From the IMG/VR virus record IMGVR_UViG_3300009180_002437: a stretch of 64,000 bases of DNA, one strand, 5' to 3'. The notes beneath the pieces are model-generated. The model was not told the DNA's origin and made no database searches. It saw only the letters and a list, made by a program, of their open reading frames with translations. Positions 1-7,413 of this stretch are shown piece after piece; positions within the stretch are counted from its first letter, which is position 1, and every line of letters begins with the position of its first letter. The stretch is from a virus. Its lineage: Duplodnaviria; Heunggongvirae; Uroviricota; Caudoviricetes. The position numbers and the translations under genes were made by a program.

Positions 1-1
1 A

Positions 2-235
2 GGTGCTACTGTTCCTGTAACAGGCGCACAGAAAGTATTTGCCAGCTATCAATATGCTACTCCGGTCGCATCAATGGCTGCTGCTGCTAATCTGAGCATT
101 TATTCAGTTGGTTATCAATATGACTTGTCAAAGCGTACCAATGCGTATGCCTATGCTAGTCAGGCTCAAAACTATGCGTTCTTAGACGGTGCCAAGAGCA
201 CAGTTTATGGACTTGGTTTACGGCATCAGTTCTAG
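2..235 (+). CDS. Gram-negative outer-membrane porin, C-terminal fragment (5' end lies outside the window)
   Basis: Frame 2 is open from the window edge and ends ...STVYGLGLRHQF then TAG. An aromatic-rich beta-strand pattern ending in a C-terminal Phe, with the GLRHxF signature, is typical of Neisseria/Burkholderia-type general porins. Confidence 0.5.
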   Translation, partial: GATVPVTGAQKVFASYQYATPVASMAAAANLSIYSVGYQYDLSKRTNAYAYASQAQNYAFLDGAKSTVYGLGLRHQF

Positions 236-250
236 AAGTAAAAGGATAAC

Positions 251-790
251 ATGAACAAGTTTTTATCAATCGTTATCCTAGCACTGGCTTCCGCTTCAGC
301 GGTTGCTGGTGGCTATGTAACAGCAACCGACGGCAGCATCGTTAAGACTGGTAGTGATTTGTGTTTACACACAGGTTATTACACAGCTACTGATGCAGTT
401 AAAGGTTGTGACGCAGTTCCAGTTACCCCAGCTAAGCCAGCATCAATCACGCTTGACTCAGATGTATTGTTTAAGTTTGATTCGGCAACGCTAACCGCAG
501 ACGGTGTGAAAGCACTGGACGTGGTTGCAGCCAAAGCCGGTGGCGTTGTAATCATCGTAGGACACACTGATCGTATTGGATCTAGTCGATACAATCAATC
601 TTTAAGTGTTGCTCGTGCTGACACCGTTGCAAAATATGTAGGTGCAAAGGCAAAAGCAGATTACTCAGTAACTGGAGTTGGATCCACACAACCAAGTGGC
701 AAAACAAAACAATGTATTGGCCCTATGAGCCCGCAACTTATTGCTTGTTTAGCACCTGATCGTCGTGTAGTTATTACTATCGTTAAGTAA
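251..790 (+). CDS. OmpA C-terminal-domain (peptidoglycan-associated) protein with signal peptide
   Basis: N-terminal signal peptide MNKFLSIVILALASASAVAG. OmpA_C motif block FKFDSATL...GHTDRIGSSRYNQSLSVARADTV. Shine-Dalgarno site aaagga sits 6 nt upstream. Confidence 0.75.
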   Translation: MNKFLSIVILALASASAVAGGYVTATDGSIVKTGSDLCLHTGYYTATDAVKGCDAVPVTPAKPASITLDSDVLFKFDSATLTADGVKALDVVAAKAGGVVIIVGHTDRIGSSRYNQSLSVARADTVAKYVGAKAKADYSVTGVGSTQPSGKTKQCIGPMSPQLIACLAPDRRVVITIVK

Positions 791-893
791 CATGGCTTGG
801 GCCTCTGCGGTTTAACCGTACGCCTGAGTTTTCTAAATATAGCAACAAAACCCTACCCTGCCTCTCGCAGAAGCACACTTTGGAGGGTTACTC

Positions 894-921
894 GGGACAC
901 AGTAATGTGTCCCATTTCTTT
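894..921 (+). terminator. rho-independent terminator (GGGACAC-agtaat-GTGTCCC followed by a T-rich tract)
   Basis: A 7-bp GC-rich perfect stem with a 6-nt loop is followed by atttctttctctt, directly after the OmpA-like gene. Confidence 0.65.
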
Positions 922-924
922 CTC

Positions 925-953
925 TTGACATTTAATTCATCAACAACTATACT
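925..953 (+). promoter_or_regulatory. sigma70-type promoter TTGACA-17-TATACT
   Basis: The -35 TTGACA is at 925-930 and the -10 TATACT at 948-953, with a 17-nt spacer. Confidence 0.5.
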
Positions 954-1013
954 GTTATTATAGCAGTAAGAAGAATTTTATGCAGGTAACTCTCAAGATT
1001 AGGAACTATTATA

Positions 1014-1190
1014 ATGATTAGACTTTGGTTAATATTTGTTGTACTTTCAATATTAATTCATTTGGGTATCTCCACCTGGAGAAATATGAAAGGTAAGGAT
1101 CGATGGGCATTGACTAAGTCCATTGGTTATAGTATAATTGTTGCATTACTAGTTGTTCTATTCTTAACTTCAATCGTTATTTTATTCTAA
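1014..1190 (+). CDS. small two-TM membrane protein (58 aa, below the ORF-track cutoff); NfeD-like partner of the downstream SPFH gene?
   Basis: ATG at 1014 with AGGAA 8 nt upstream. It encodes MIRLWLIFVVLSILIHLGIST...SIIVALLVVLFLTSIVILF with two hydrophobic helices, and ends 8 nt before the SPFH gene. Confidence 0.4.
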   Translation: MIRLWLIFVVLSILIHLGISTWRNMKGKDRWALTKSIGYSIIVALLVVLFLTSIVILF

Positions 1191-1198
1191 GGAATTAT

Positions 1199-1996
1199 AT
1201 GAAACAAATTTTTAAATTGGCAGTTGTAGCAGGTCTTATCGCAACCACAGTTGGTTGTCAGCGTATTGAAACCGGCGAAGTAGGTGTACGAGTTGGCTTT
1301 GATAAACAAGTAAAACCAGGCGAGTTGCAACCAGGTTCTTTTAATCAAACACTAATTGGTGATGTACTTACATTCCCTGTTCGTGATGTATCAGTTAAGA
1401 TTGATGACATGACTCCGCTTGCCAAAGACAACAGCACTATGAAAGACATGGATGTTACTGTTATCTATAACATCAATCCAACGCAAGTTAGCGAATTGTA
1501 TGTTAGCAAGAACCGTAGCTTTCACGTTAAGCACAATGGTGACACTTACTTGATGTACAACTACATTTTCAATGCCGCACGAAATGCTGCTTACAAAGCT
1601 GCTCGTAAGTATGACGCATTGACTATGAACGACAGTCGTGCGTTAATGGAACAGGATATGAAAGACATCATTGCCAAGACCTTGGCAGATGAAAATCTTG
1701 CTGGTTCAATTACAGTAAGCCAAGTTCTTATTCGTGCGCTAACTCCAGCAGACTCAGTGGTTGCGTCAGCCAATGAATTGGTACGTTCTAAGAACGAGCT
1801 GTTGCAAAAGGAGGTTGAAGTCAAAACAGCCGAAGCAGAATCTCGTCGTATGGCAGCACTTACCAATCAAAGCTCGGCCAGTATTGCTTACATGAATGCT
1901 CAGGCTGCGTTAAACATCTCCGAAGGTGTCAAGAACGGTAAGGTGCAGACCATTATTGTTCCCAGCAACATGACCGGCTTGATGATTGGCAAGTAA
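1199..1996 (+). CDS. SPFH/band-7 (stomatin/prohibitin/HflKC-like) lipoprotein
   Basis: Lipobox LIATTVGC. SPFH-like core (GEVGVRVGFDKQ... followed by a coiled-coil C-terminal region). Shine-Dalgarno site aagga. Confidence 0.6.
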   Translation: MKQIFKLAVVAGLIATTVGCQRIETGEVGVRVGFDKQVKPGELQPGSFNQTLIGDVLTFPVRDVSVKIDDMTPLAKDNSTMKDMDVTVIYNINPTQVSELYVSKNRSFHVKHNGDTYLMYNYIFNAARNAAYKAARKYDALTMNDSRALMEQDMKDIIAKTLADENLAGSITVSQVLIRALTPADSVVASANELVRSKNELLQKEVEVKTAEAESRRMAALTNQSSASIAYMNAQAALNISEGVKNGKVQTIIVPSNMTGLMIGK

Positions 1997-2246
1997 TATG
2001 AACGAACGATTTCAGCAACTATTGAAACAGAGTACCAATCCTCCCTGGGATGGTGAGCAGGGCCCAATGAACGAATTTAATTTGGAACGGTTCGCTGAGT
2101 CGATTGTAAGAGAATGTGCCAAGTATATCAATGAACGCACTCAAGACTGGGATGCCGATTTGCGGTGGATCTTCAATGACGGTTCTGGTGATATGGCAGT
2201 CAATGTTGACGAATTATTAAATAGACATTTCGGAGTTGAAGAATGA
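1986..2246 (+). CDS. hypothetical protein, member 1 of a tandem three-gene paralog family
   Basis: Shares the FAESIVRECAKYI core and the C-terminal HFGVEE with the next two ORFs. Its stop overlaps the next start. Confidence 0.5.
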   Translation: MASNMNERFQQLLKQSTNPPWDGEQGPMNEFNLERFAESIVRECAKYINERTQDWDADLRWIFNDGSGDMAVNVDELLNRHFGVEE

Positions 2247-2440
2247 ACGAACGAATTAGAGAGCTTGCTGATGATGCTGGATTTATGGATTCTTGGTTTT
2301 CCGAATCCGGTGATGATTGTGAACGAGAACTTAAAAAGTTCGCCGAGTTGATTGTCGAAGAATGTATTAATATTTGTATTTCCAATAGAAACGATGACTC
2401 TGCCCAGTACATCGAAAAACATTTCGGAGTTGAAGAATGA
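2243..2440 (+). CDS. hypothetical protein, member 2 of the tandem paralog family
   Basis: Carries FAELIVEECINI and a C-terminal HFGVEE. Overlaps both neighbours at ATGA junctions. Confidence 0.5.
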   Translation: MNERIRELADDAGFMDSWFSESGDDCERELKKFAELIVEECINICISNRNDDSAQYIEKHFGVEE

Positions 2441-2700
2441 ACTTAGAACTGGTAGCCAAGCTATACGAGCAATCATATAAGACAGTACCACATAACCCCA
2501 CCAGCGGCTTTGATGCTAAATTGGAGGATCGTGTGTTTGTACCAGAGTTGTTCGCCGAGTTACTGGTCATGGAATGCTATGAAAGTTGCAGAAGTCAGGT
2601 ACTTGATAAAGAAACTGCTGACACAAACGAACTAACATATAATGATGCTGTTGGTGATTGTGCAATTGGGTTATTACAACATTTTGGGATGATGGAATGA
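2437..2700 (+). CDS. hypothetical protein, member 3 of the tandem paralog family
   Basis: Carries FAELLVMECYES and a C-terminal HFGMME. Confidence 0.5.
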   Translation: MNLELVAKLYEQSYKTVPHNPTSGFDAKLEDRVFVPELFAELLVMECYESCRSQVLDKETADTNELTYNDAVGDCAIGLLQHFGMME

Positions 2701-2843
2701 AGAAAACATTGGCTGTGCTACTTACAATTACTTTCCCAATTTGGTGTATCCCTGCTGTGCTGGGGTCACTAGCTTACTTGGCAGTGGCTACACTATATAA
2801 AGAAATGTTGGCATTTTTAGAATGGCTTGGAGTTAAAGAATGA
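2697..2843 (+). CDS. small membrane protein (48 aa)
   Basis: ATG at 2697 overlaps the upstream TGA as ATGA. The product MKKTLAVLLTITFPIWCIPAVLGSLAYLAVATLY is hydrophobic. Confidence 0.35.
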   Translation: MKKTLAVLLTITFPIWCIPAVLGSLAYLAVATLYKEMLAFLEWLGVKE

Positions 2844-3295
2844 CAAATCGTAGAGGATTTTTACAATCAGTATCGGCAGCATTGGGGTCAACCCTGTTGT
2901 CTGGTAGTACAGTTGCATCAGTATTGACAGCCGCACCTGTAGCATCAGGAGTAGCCACAGTGGCCGCAGTTGCGGCAGTGGCCAGACAGTTTAAGTCGAG
3001 TGGTGTTGTTCTTGATGCTGCCACGCTTGAACCAATATCTCGGGTGGTGATATTTAATGGAGACGAGTCAGTAATTAAAGAAGACGTGAAGTATTCTGAG
3101 ATATTTGACGATCCGGCAAGACTAGCAGAAATTGAAGAATTGGATAAATTATATCCTAATTCCAATGTGCATAGTAAATGGACCTTGGCGGCGACACGTT
3201 TGGTACTGGAAAAGAAAGGCATGCCACCACTTACTGCCGAGGAAGAAATTATGATTATTGAAGGTCGAAAGCCCGTGGTTGGAGTCGAGGGATGA
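2840..3295 (+). CDS. hypothetical protein with a twin-arginine (Tat) signal peptide
   Basis: N-terminus MTNRRGFLQSVSAALGSTLLSGSTVASV matches the S/T-R-R-x-F-L-K Tat motif followed by an h-region. Confidence 0.5.
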   Translation: MTNRRGFLQSVSAALGSTLLSGSTVASVLTAAPVASGVATVAAVAAVARQFKSSGVVLDAATLEPISRVVIFNGDESVIKEDVKYSEIFDDPARLAEIEELDKLYPNSNVHSKWTLAATRLVLEKKGMPPLTAEEEIMIIEGRKPVVGVEG

Positions 3296-3864
3296 CGTGG
3301 CCATTGGCTTCTCCATTGAAAGAAAATACCAACTGGATCGTTAGGGATAACGTCTTTAGTAATATTGAGCTTGATCAAATAATTAAATTAGGCAACAGTA
3401 TTACCTCCAGTACCGGTACGATAGGTTCTGAAATAACTAACGAATATCGTAAATCCAGTATAGCCTGGCTGGATACTGAAGATCCAGAATTCGATTGGAT
3501 ATATGCCACGCTTGCACCAGTGATTACTGAAATCAATGATGCATATTATCGATTTGATCTGAAGTCCCTCCAGACTTTACAGTTTACCCGGTATACCACC
3601 GCTGGCGTATATAAACCGCATACCGATCTGGGTAGGCAAAAGCCCACTAGAAAGTTGAGTTTTACTGTACAATTATCTGATACGACAAATTACGAAGGTG
3701 GAGATTTGCGTTTTTTAAATTTAAAGACAACCCCCGAGTCAGCCCCCAGGGCTCGAGGAAAAATTATTTTCTTCCCCAGCTGGATGACTCACGAGATAAC
3801 TCCCGTGACCCAGGGTACACGATATAGTCTAGTTGGGTGGGTAGAAGGACCGTTATTCAGATGA
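3292..3864 (+). CDS. 2-oxoglutarate/Fe(II)-dependent oxygenase (prolyl-hydroxylase-like)
   Basis: HxD...H facial triad (KPHTDLG ... THEITPV) plus the 2OG-binding RYSL (RxS) motif. Confidence 0.65.
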   Translation: MTWPLASPLKENTNWIVRDNVFSNIELDQIIKLGNSITSSTGTIGSEITNEYRKSSIAWLDTEDPEFDWIYATLAPVITEINDAYYRFDLKSLQTLQFTRYTTAGVYKPHTDLGRQKPTRKLSFTVQLSDTTNYEGGDLRFLNLKTTPESAPRARGKIIFFPSWMTHEITPVTQGTRYSLVGWVEGPLFR

Positions 3865-3880
3865 CGTCGGTAACGGCATC

Positions 3881-3909
3881 TGTATCGTTTTTGGCTAACC
3901 AGGTCAAGA
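3881..3909. repeat. 29-bp direct repeat, copy A (tgtatcgtttttggctaaccaggtcaaga)
   Basis: 26 of 29 positions are identical to copy B at 5958-5986. The two copies flank the 3980-5920 gene. Confidence 0.7.
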
Positions 3910-3979
3910 TGAATACTAAATTCAGATGAAATCTGCATGATGTGGATCAGTACGCTGTATCGGTATAAATACTATTATC

Positions 3980-5920
3980 ATGAAAATACACGAAATTACC
4001 TTGTTATTCGAGGGTTATCCCCAAGCTCAAGATGCTTTTATTCAGCAATCGGGCGGTGATACTGCATCAGTACAAAAAACTATCGCCGACTTTCGTCAGT
4101 TGGTGAATAGAAATCAGATCAAAGACACAAACCAAAAGAATATCGATTGGTGGGCCAAACAGGGCTGGGATAAGTTCAATGCTTTTGTCAATCAGGCATC
4201 AGCAATACCCAGCAAGACGCAAATGACCAGAAAGAAAATACCTGGGCAAAGCATCAACTTGGTGGATGATGCTCAGTGGCTCATCGTTGTGCCACTGGAC
4301 AAGGAAGCCAGCTGTTTTCATGGAAGAAACAGCAGTTGGTGTACTACTAAAGTTCATCAGGAACATTTTGAAAATTACTTCTACAACAATGAAGTAACCT
4401 TGATATATTGCTTTAATAAAGCCACTGGTGGTATGTGGGCTATAGCGGCACATAAAAGAACAGATCGCATGGAAATGTTTACACAACAAGATGCATCAAT
4501 ATCGGCAGAACAATTTACACAACTGACTGGTCTAGATCCTCAACAGTTACGATCCATGGCTCTGGGTGACGTTCATCAACCTGCAGTACAGGCATCCAGA
4601 GATCAATGGAAGGAATCTGTAGCATTGACAAAACAATTGATGGCTACAATGCCACGCGGCACCAGATCGGCAGAAATAGAAAAGCAATTGGAGTATAATA
4701 AAGTAGGGGGATTATGCTTTGATTATATCTACCGATTTCAGTCAATTGAATCCAAAGACTTTCCGTTGTCGATACAGATATCGGCAATTAACAAAAATGG
4801 TGCCGTATTGGACCGAATCAATAATCCTGTTCAAGCTGTGCAACTGGCAGCAGTCAAGAAGGAAAATCTTGGGTTGAAAACCATCATTGCTCATGGAGCC
4901 AAGCCCAATGAAGCCGTACAACTGGCAGCAGTCACACAACACGGTCCTGCTATAGGTTTCCTGAAAGCCGCCGGCATCACTCCCAGCGAGGCTGTTCAAA
5001 TGGCAGCAGTAAATCAGAGCGGTACTGCTATACATTCCATCATATCGAATGGTATCGTGCCCAGTGATGAGGTGCAAATAGCAGCAGTAACTCAGAATCC
5101 AGAAGCAATAAAATTCATAATCACAGATTTGGGCACTGAGCCAAGTCATGCTGTGCAAATGGCAGCAGTCAAACGTTACGGCGGAACGTTTCGAATGTTG
5201 ATGAATCATGGAATTGTTCCCAGCAAAGACGTTCAAGAAGAAGCAATAGCCAGGGACGGCCTTAGTATACAATATTTGAAAAATCCCAATGAGAGATTAC
5301 AATTGGCCGCAGTTAGCAATGTTGGCAGGGCTATATTGTTTATTCTCCGGGCCGGCATCAGACCAAGTCACGCGGTGCAATTGGCAGCAGTGACGCAGGA
5401 TGGGCTGGCACTCGATTATATCTTACAGGATAAAATTAAACCAGAGTATGATGTGCTATTAGCAGCAGTGACCCAGGATGGCCGTGCCATTGAATATATC
5501 CAAAATCCCGACGAGCGATTACAGATAGCCGCAGCCAAGAGAAATAGTGGTGCATTAAAACTTTTAATGAAAGCTGGAATAACCCCCAGTTATGCCGTAC
5601 AGATGGCGTCAGTTACTCATGATCCCTGGTCTATAAAATATTTGAAAAATCCCGATGAGAGATTACAATTGGCCGCAGTCAACAATCATGGTGGTGCATT
5701 ACATGAAATAATCAAATCTGGAATTCTTCCCAGCGAGGCGGTACAATTGGCCGCGGTCAAATCAAGCCCCATAGTATTACGTATGATCCAAAATCCCAGC
5801 ATGGCGGTTCGCGACGCTGCACACATAGCAGCACAAGAGAAAAAAGCTCAAGAGGATGCTGCTATAAACGCTGCCAGAGCTGCCAGAGCTGCTCAAGGTG
5901 CCCAAGCAGCACCGGCCTAA
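3980..5920 (+). CDS. repeat protein with about 13 tandem 26-27-aa repeats (DUF4116-like, AVQLAAVTQDG.AL.YI)
   Basis: A 646-aa ORF. Its C-terminal two thirds are periodic: VQLAAV[TK]Q.G.AI.[FY]I...GI.PS. No Shine-Dalgarno site was recognised. Confidence 0.55.
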   Translation: MKIHEITLLFEGYPQAQDAFIQQSGGDTASVQKTIADFRQLVNRNQIKDTNQKNIDWWAKQGWDKFNAFVNQASAIPSKTQMTRKKIPGQSINLVDDAQWLIVVPLDKEASCFHGRNSSWCTTKVHQEHFENYFYNNEVTLIYCFNKATGGMWAIAAHKRTDRMEMFTQQDASISAEQFTQLTGLDPQQLRSMALGDVHQPAVQASRDQWKESVALTKQLMATMPRGTRSAEIEKQLEYNKVGGLCFDYIYRFQSIESKDFPLSIQISAINKNGAVLDRINNPVQAVQLAAVKKENLGLKTIIAHGAKPNEAVQLAAVTQHGPAIGFLKAAGITPSEAVQMAAVNQSGTAIHSIISNGIVPSDEVQIAAVTQNPEAIKFIITDLGTEPSHAVQMAAVKRYGGTFRMLMNHGIVPSKDVQEEAIARDGLSIQYLKNPNERLQLAAVSNVGRAILFILRAGIRPSHAVQLAAVTQDGLALDYILQDKIKPEYDVLLAAVTQDGRAIEYIQNPDERLQIAAAKRNSGALKLLMKAGITPSYAVQMASVTHDPWSIKYLKNPDERLQLAAVNNHGGALHEIIKSGILPSEAVQLAAVKSSPIVLRMIQNPSMAVRDAAHIAAQEKKAQEDAAINAARAARAAQGAQAAPA

Positions 5921-5957
5921 AAGGCAGCATAATTTAAATGAGGACCTTGGCGCTCTA

Positions 5958-5986
5958 TGTATCAGTTTTGGCTAACTAGGTCAAGA
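5958..5986. repeat. 29-bp direct repeat, copy B (tgtatcagttttggctaactaggtcaaga)
   Basis: See copy A. Confidence 0.7.
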
Positions 5987-6003
5987 AAAATAATAAATTA
6001 TGG

Positions 6004-6032
6004 TTGACATTTAATCAAAGGTCAGCTATAAT
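6004..6032 (+). promoter_or_regulatory. perfect consensus sigma70 promoter TTGACA-17-TATAAT
   Basis: TTGACA at 6004-6009 and TATAAT at 6027-6032, with an exact 17-nt spacer. Confidence 0.65.
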
Positions 6033-6104
6033 GTAGTTGTAGTATGTAGTTAAGTTTAACTTTTATTTTAATCAACTTTGAAAGGCATCTTAGAAAGGCA
6101 TCTT

Positions 6105-6428
6105 ATGAAACAAGAAAATTTATTTAAAGTAGCAGGTACCTCCAACCATAATGGAGAAATTAAAGTACGTTTTGCCAATGACTTGGTATCGCGTATTAAG
6201 GCCCTGCATCGCGCAGGTCACACTGATGTTAACCTCGTTGAGCTACCCAAGCCAATGACCAAACTGGAAGCAGTTCAGTATCTGCAGTCAGTTGGATACA
6301 ATCAAGGTGACGTTGGTTATATCGTATCAGCTAAATTGGCTGAGAAAACCAAAATCGCCAAGAAAGGCGAAGTTAAGGTTAAGTCTGCAAAGGTTAGTAA
6401 ACCAGCTAAAGTCGCTGAAACAGTTTAA
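6105..6428 (+). CDS. small lysine-rich (histone-like tail) protein, probably highly expressed
   Basis: ATG at 6105 preceded by aaagg. The C-terminus is KAK-rich (KTKIAKKGEVKVKSAKVSKPAKV). It is flanked by a perfect promoter and a terminator. Confidence 0.5.
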   Translation: MKQENLFKVAGTSNHNGEIKVRFANDLVSRIKALHRAGHTDVNLVELPKPMTKLEAVQYLQSVGYNQGDVGYIVSAKLAEKTKIAKKGEVKVKSAKVSKPAKVAETV

Positions 6429-6441
6429 TTTTTCAGCAAAA

Positions 6442-6464
6442 AGGCGGCTAACAAGCCGCTTTTC
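6442..6464 (+). terminator. rho-independent terminator
   Basis: Stem aGGCGGCT with loop aaca and stem AGCCGCtt, followed by TTTT. Confidence 0.6.
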
Positions 6465-6487
6465 CACGAACTCGAATAATTAAATAT

Positions 6488-6730
6488 ATGAGTGAACAGG
6501 AAGTAGTGGAACCATTTCGGTTAGCCATCATGGAGATCATGATGATTTTACATAAACATGGTATTAGGGAAGTACACATAGGTGCTATGATGCGCCTAGT
6601 CGGCGTGGAAGAAGAAGATGCAAAAATCTGTGATGATGAGCGTATTATGTTAACCGAAGACTTTACCGAATATGTAAATCAAGTGTTGGCGTTATCATCT
6701 GTCAGCAGTGAAAATCAAACTTTACATTAA
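6488..6730 (+). CDS. hypothetical protein
   Basis: An 80-aa ORF packed tightly on the same strand. Confidence 0.35.
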   Translation: MSEQEVVEPFRLAIMEIMMILHKHGIREVHIGAMMRLVGVEEEDAKICDDERIMLTEDFTEYVNQVLALSSVSSENQTLH

Positions 6731-6972
6731 TGTCCGTCCCAGTATTTAAGAATATCGAATCAGTATATATTGTTATCTTACGGACGCAGGACGCAAAAAG
6801 TCTACTTCAAAAATGGCTATCATCAAATCGTTACGCATCGGCTCGTGTTGATGACAATCGACTGTATATAAACGATCATAATACTTACAATTTGTTCCTG
6901 GTCACATGGTCACATGGTTGGGATAACATCTTAGTATGGGATTGTTATATGAAGCGACACATTTACATTTAA
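6730..6972 (+). CDS. hypothetical protein
   Basis: An 80-aa ORF whose start overlaps the upstream stop (TAATG). Confidence 0.35.
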   Translation: MSVPVFKNIESVYIVILRTQDAKSLLQKWLSSNRYASARVDDNRLYINDHNTYNLFLVTWSHGWDNILVWDCYMKRHIYI

Positions 6973-6980
6973 CCAAAAAA

Positions 6981-7009
6981 TTTGTAGTATATGTCGTATA
7001 GTGTATAAT
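6981..7009 (+). promoter_or_regulatory. sigma70-type promoter (TTTGTA/TTGTAG ... TATAAT)
   Basis: TATAAT at 7004-7009 with a partial -35 element 16-17 nt upstream. Confidence 0.4.
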
Positions 7010-7033
7010 TAACAATACTATAAAGGAAATACT

Positions 7034-7222
7034 ATGTCAACACATGAACAAATCGTAGCAGCTTACGAAAACTACTTGGCTGAAAATGCTAAGTTCAGCG
7101 ACAAAGGTGTTAAAGCCGCCGCCGCCCGTGCCAGAAAATCTCTACAGGAAATCGCCAAGGCTGTCAAAGTACGCCGTGCTGAGATCACCACAGAAAAAGA
7201 AGCACTGACTCCAGCGAAGTAA
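7034..7222 (+). CDS. small basic alpha-helical protein (possible DNA-binding)
   Basis: A 62-aa product, KAAAARARKSLQEIAKAVKVRRAE. Shine-Dalgarno site aaagga. Confidence 0.4.
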   Translation: MSTHEQIVAAYENYLAENAKFSDKGVKAAAARARKSLQEIAKAVKVRRAEITTEKEALTPAK

Positions 7223-7413
7223 TGACTACGCACACACGTATCGTTATGGAAAACCCAGAAAATCCAGAGGAATTAATTCTGGACCTGGGTGAAGAAATTT
7301 GTGGTCCCCTCGGTTGGAAAGAGGGTGACACAATAGTATGGACAGATATGGGAAATGGATCATGGCAGCTAACAAAGCAACAAACGACCCTAACAACACC
7401 ACAGCAACAGTAG
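7222..7413 (+). CDS. hypothetical protein
   Basis: A 63-aa ORF with an ATGA overlap to the upstream gene. Confidence 0.35.
   Translation: MTTHTRIVMENPENPEELILDLGEEICGPLGWKEGDTIVWTDMGNGSWQLTKQQTTLTTPQQQ

Noticed and set aside
379-594. Minus-strand 71-aa ORF inside the OmpA-like gene
   Set aside because: It is antisense to a well-supported CDS that has a signal peptide, an OmpA_C motif, a ribosome-binding site and a terminator. It has no ribosome-binding site and a low-complexity product.
1591-1866. Minus-strand ORF inside the SPFH gene
   Set aside because: It is antisense to a motif-supported CDS and is probably a frame artefact.
2141-2570. Three minus-strand ORFs across the paralog trio
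   Set aside because: The plus-strand genes show family conservation and translational coupling. The antisense products are low-complexity.
3881-5986. The 29-bp repeats as CRISPR repeats or IS inverted repeats
   Set aside because: There are only two copies, in direct orientation and 2 kb apart, with no transposase gene between them. A cassette-boundary or regulatory-motif reading fits better.
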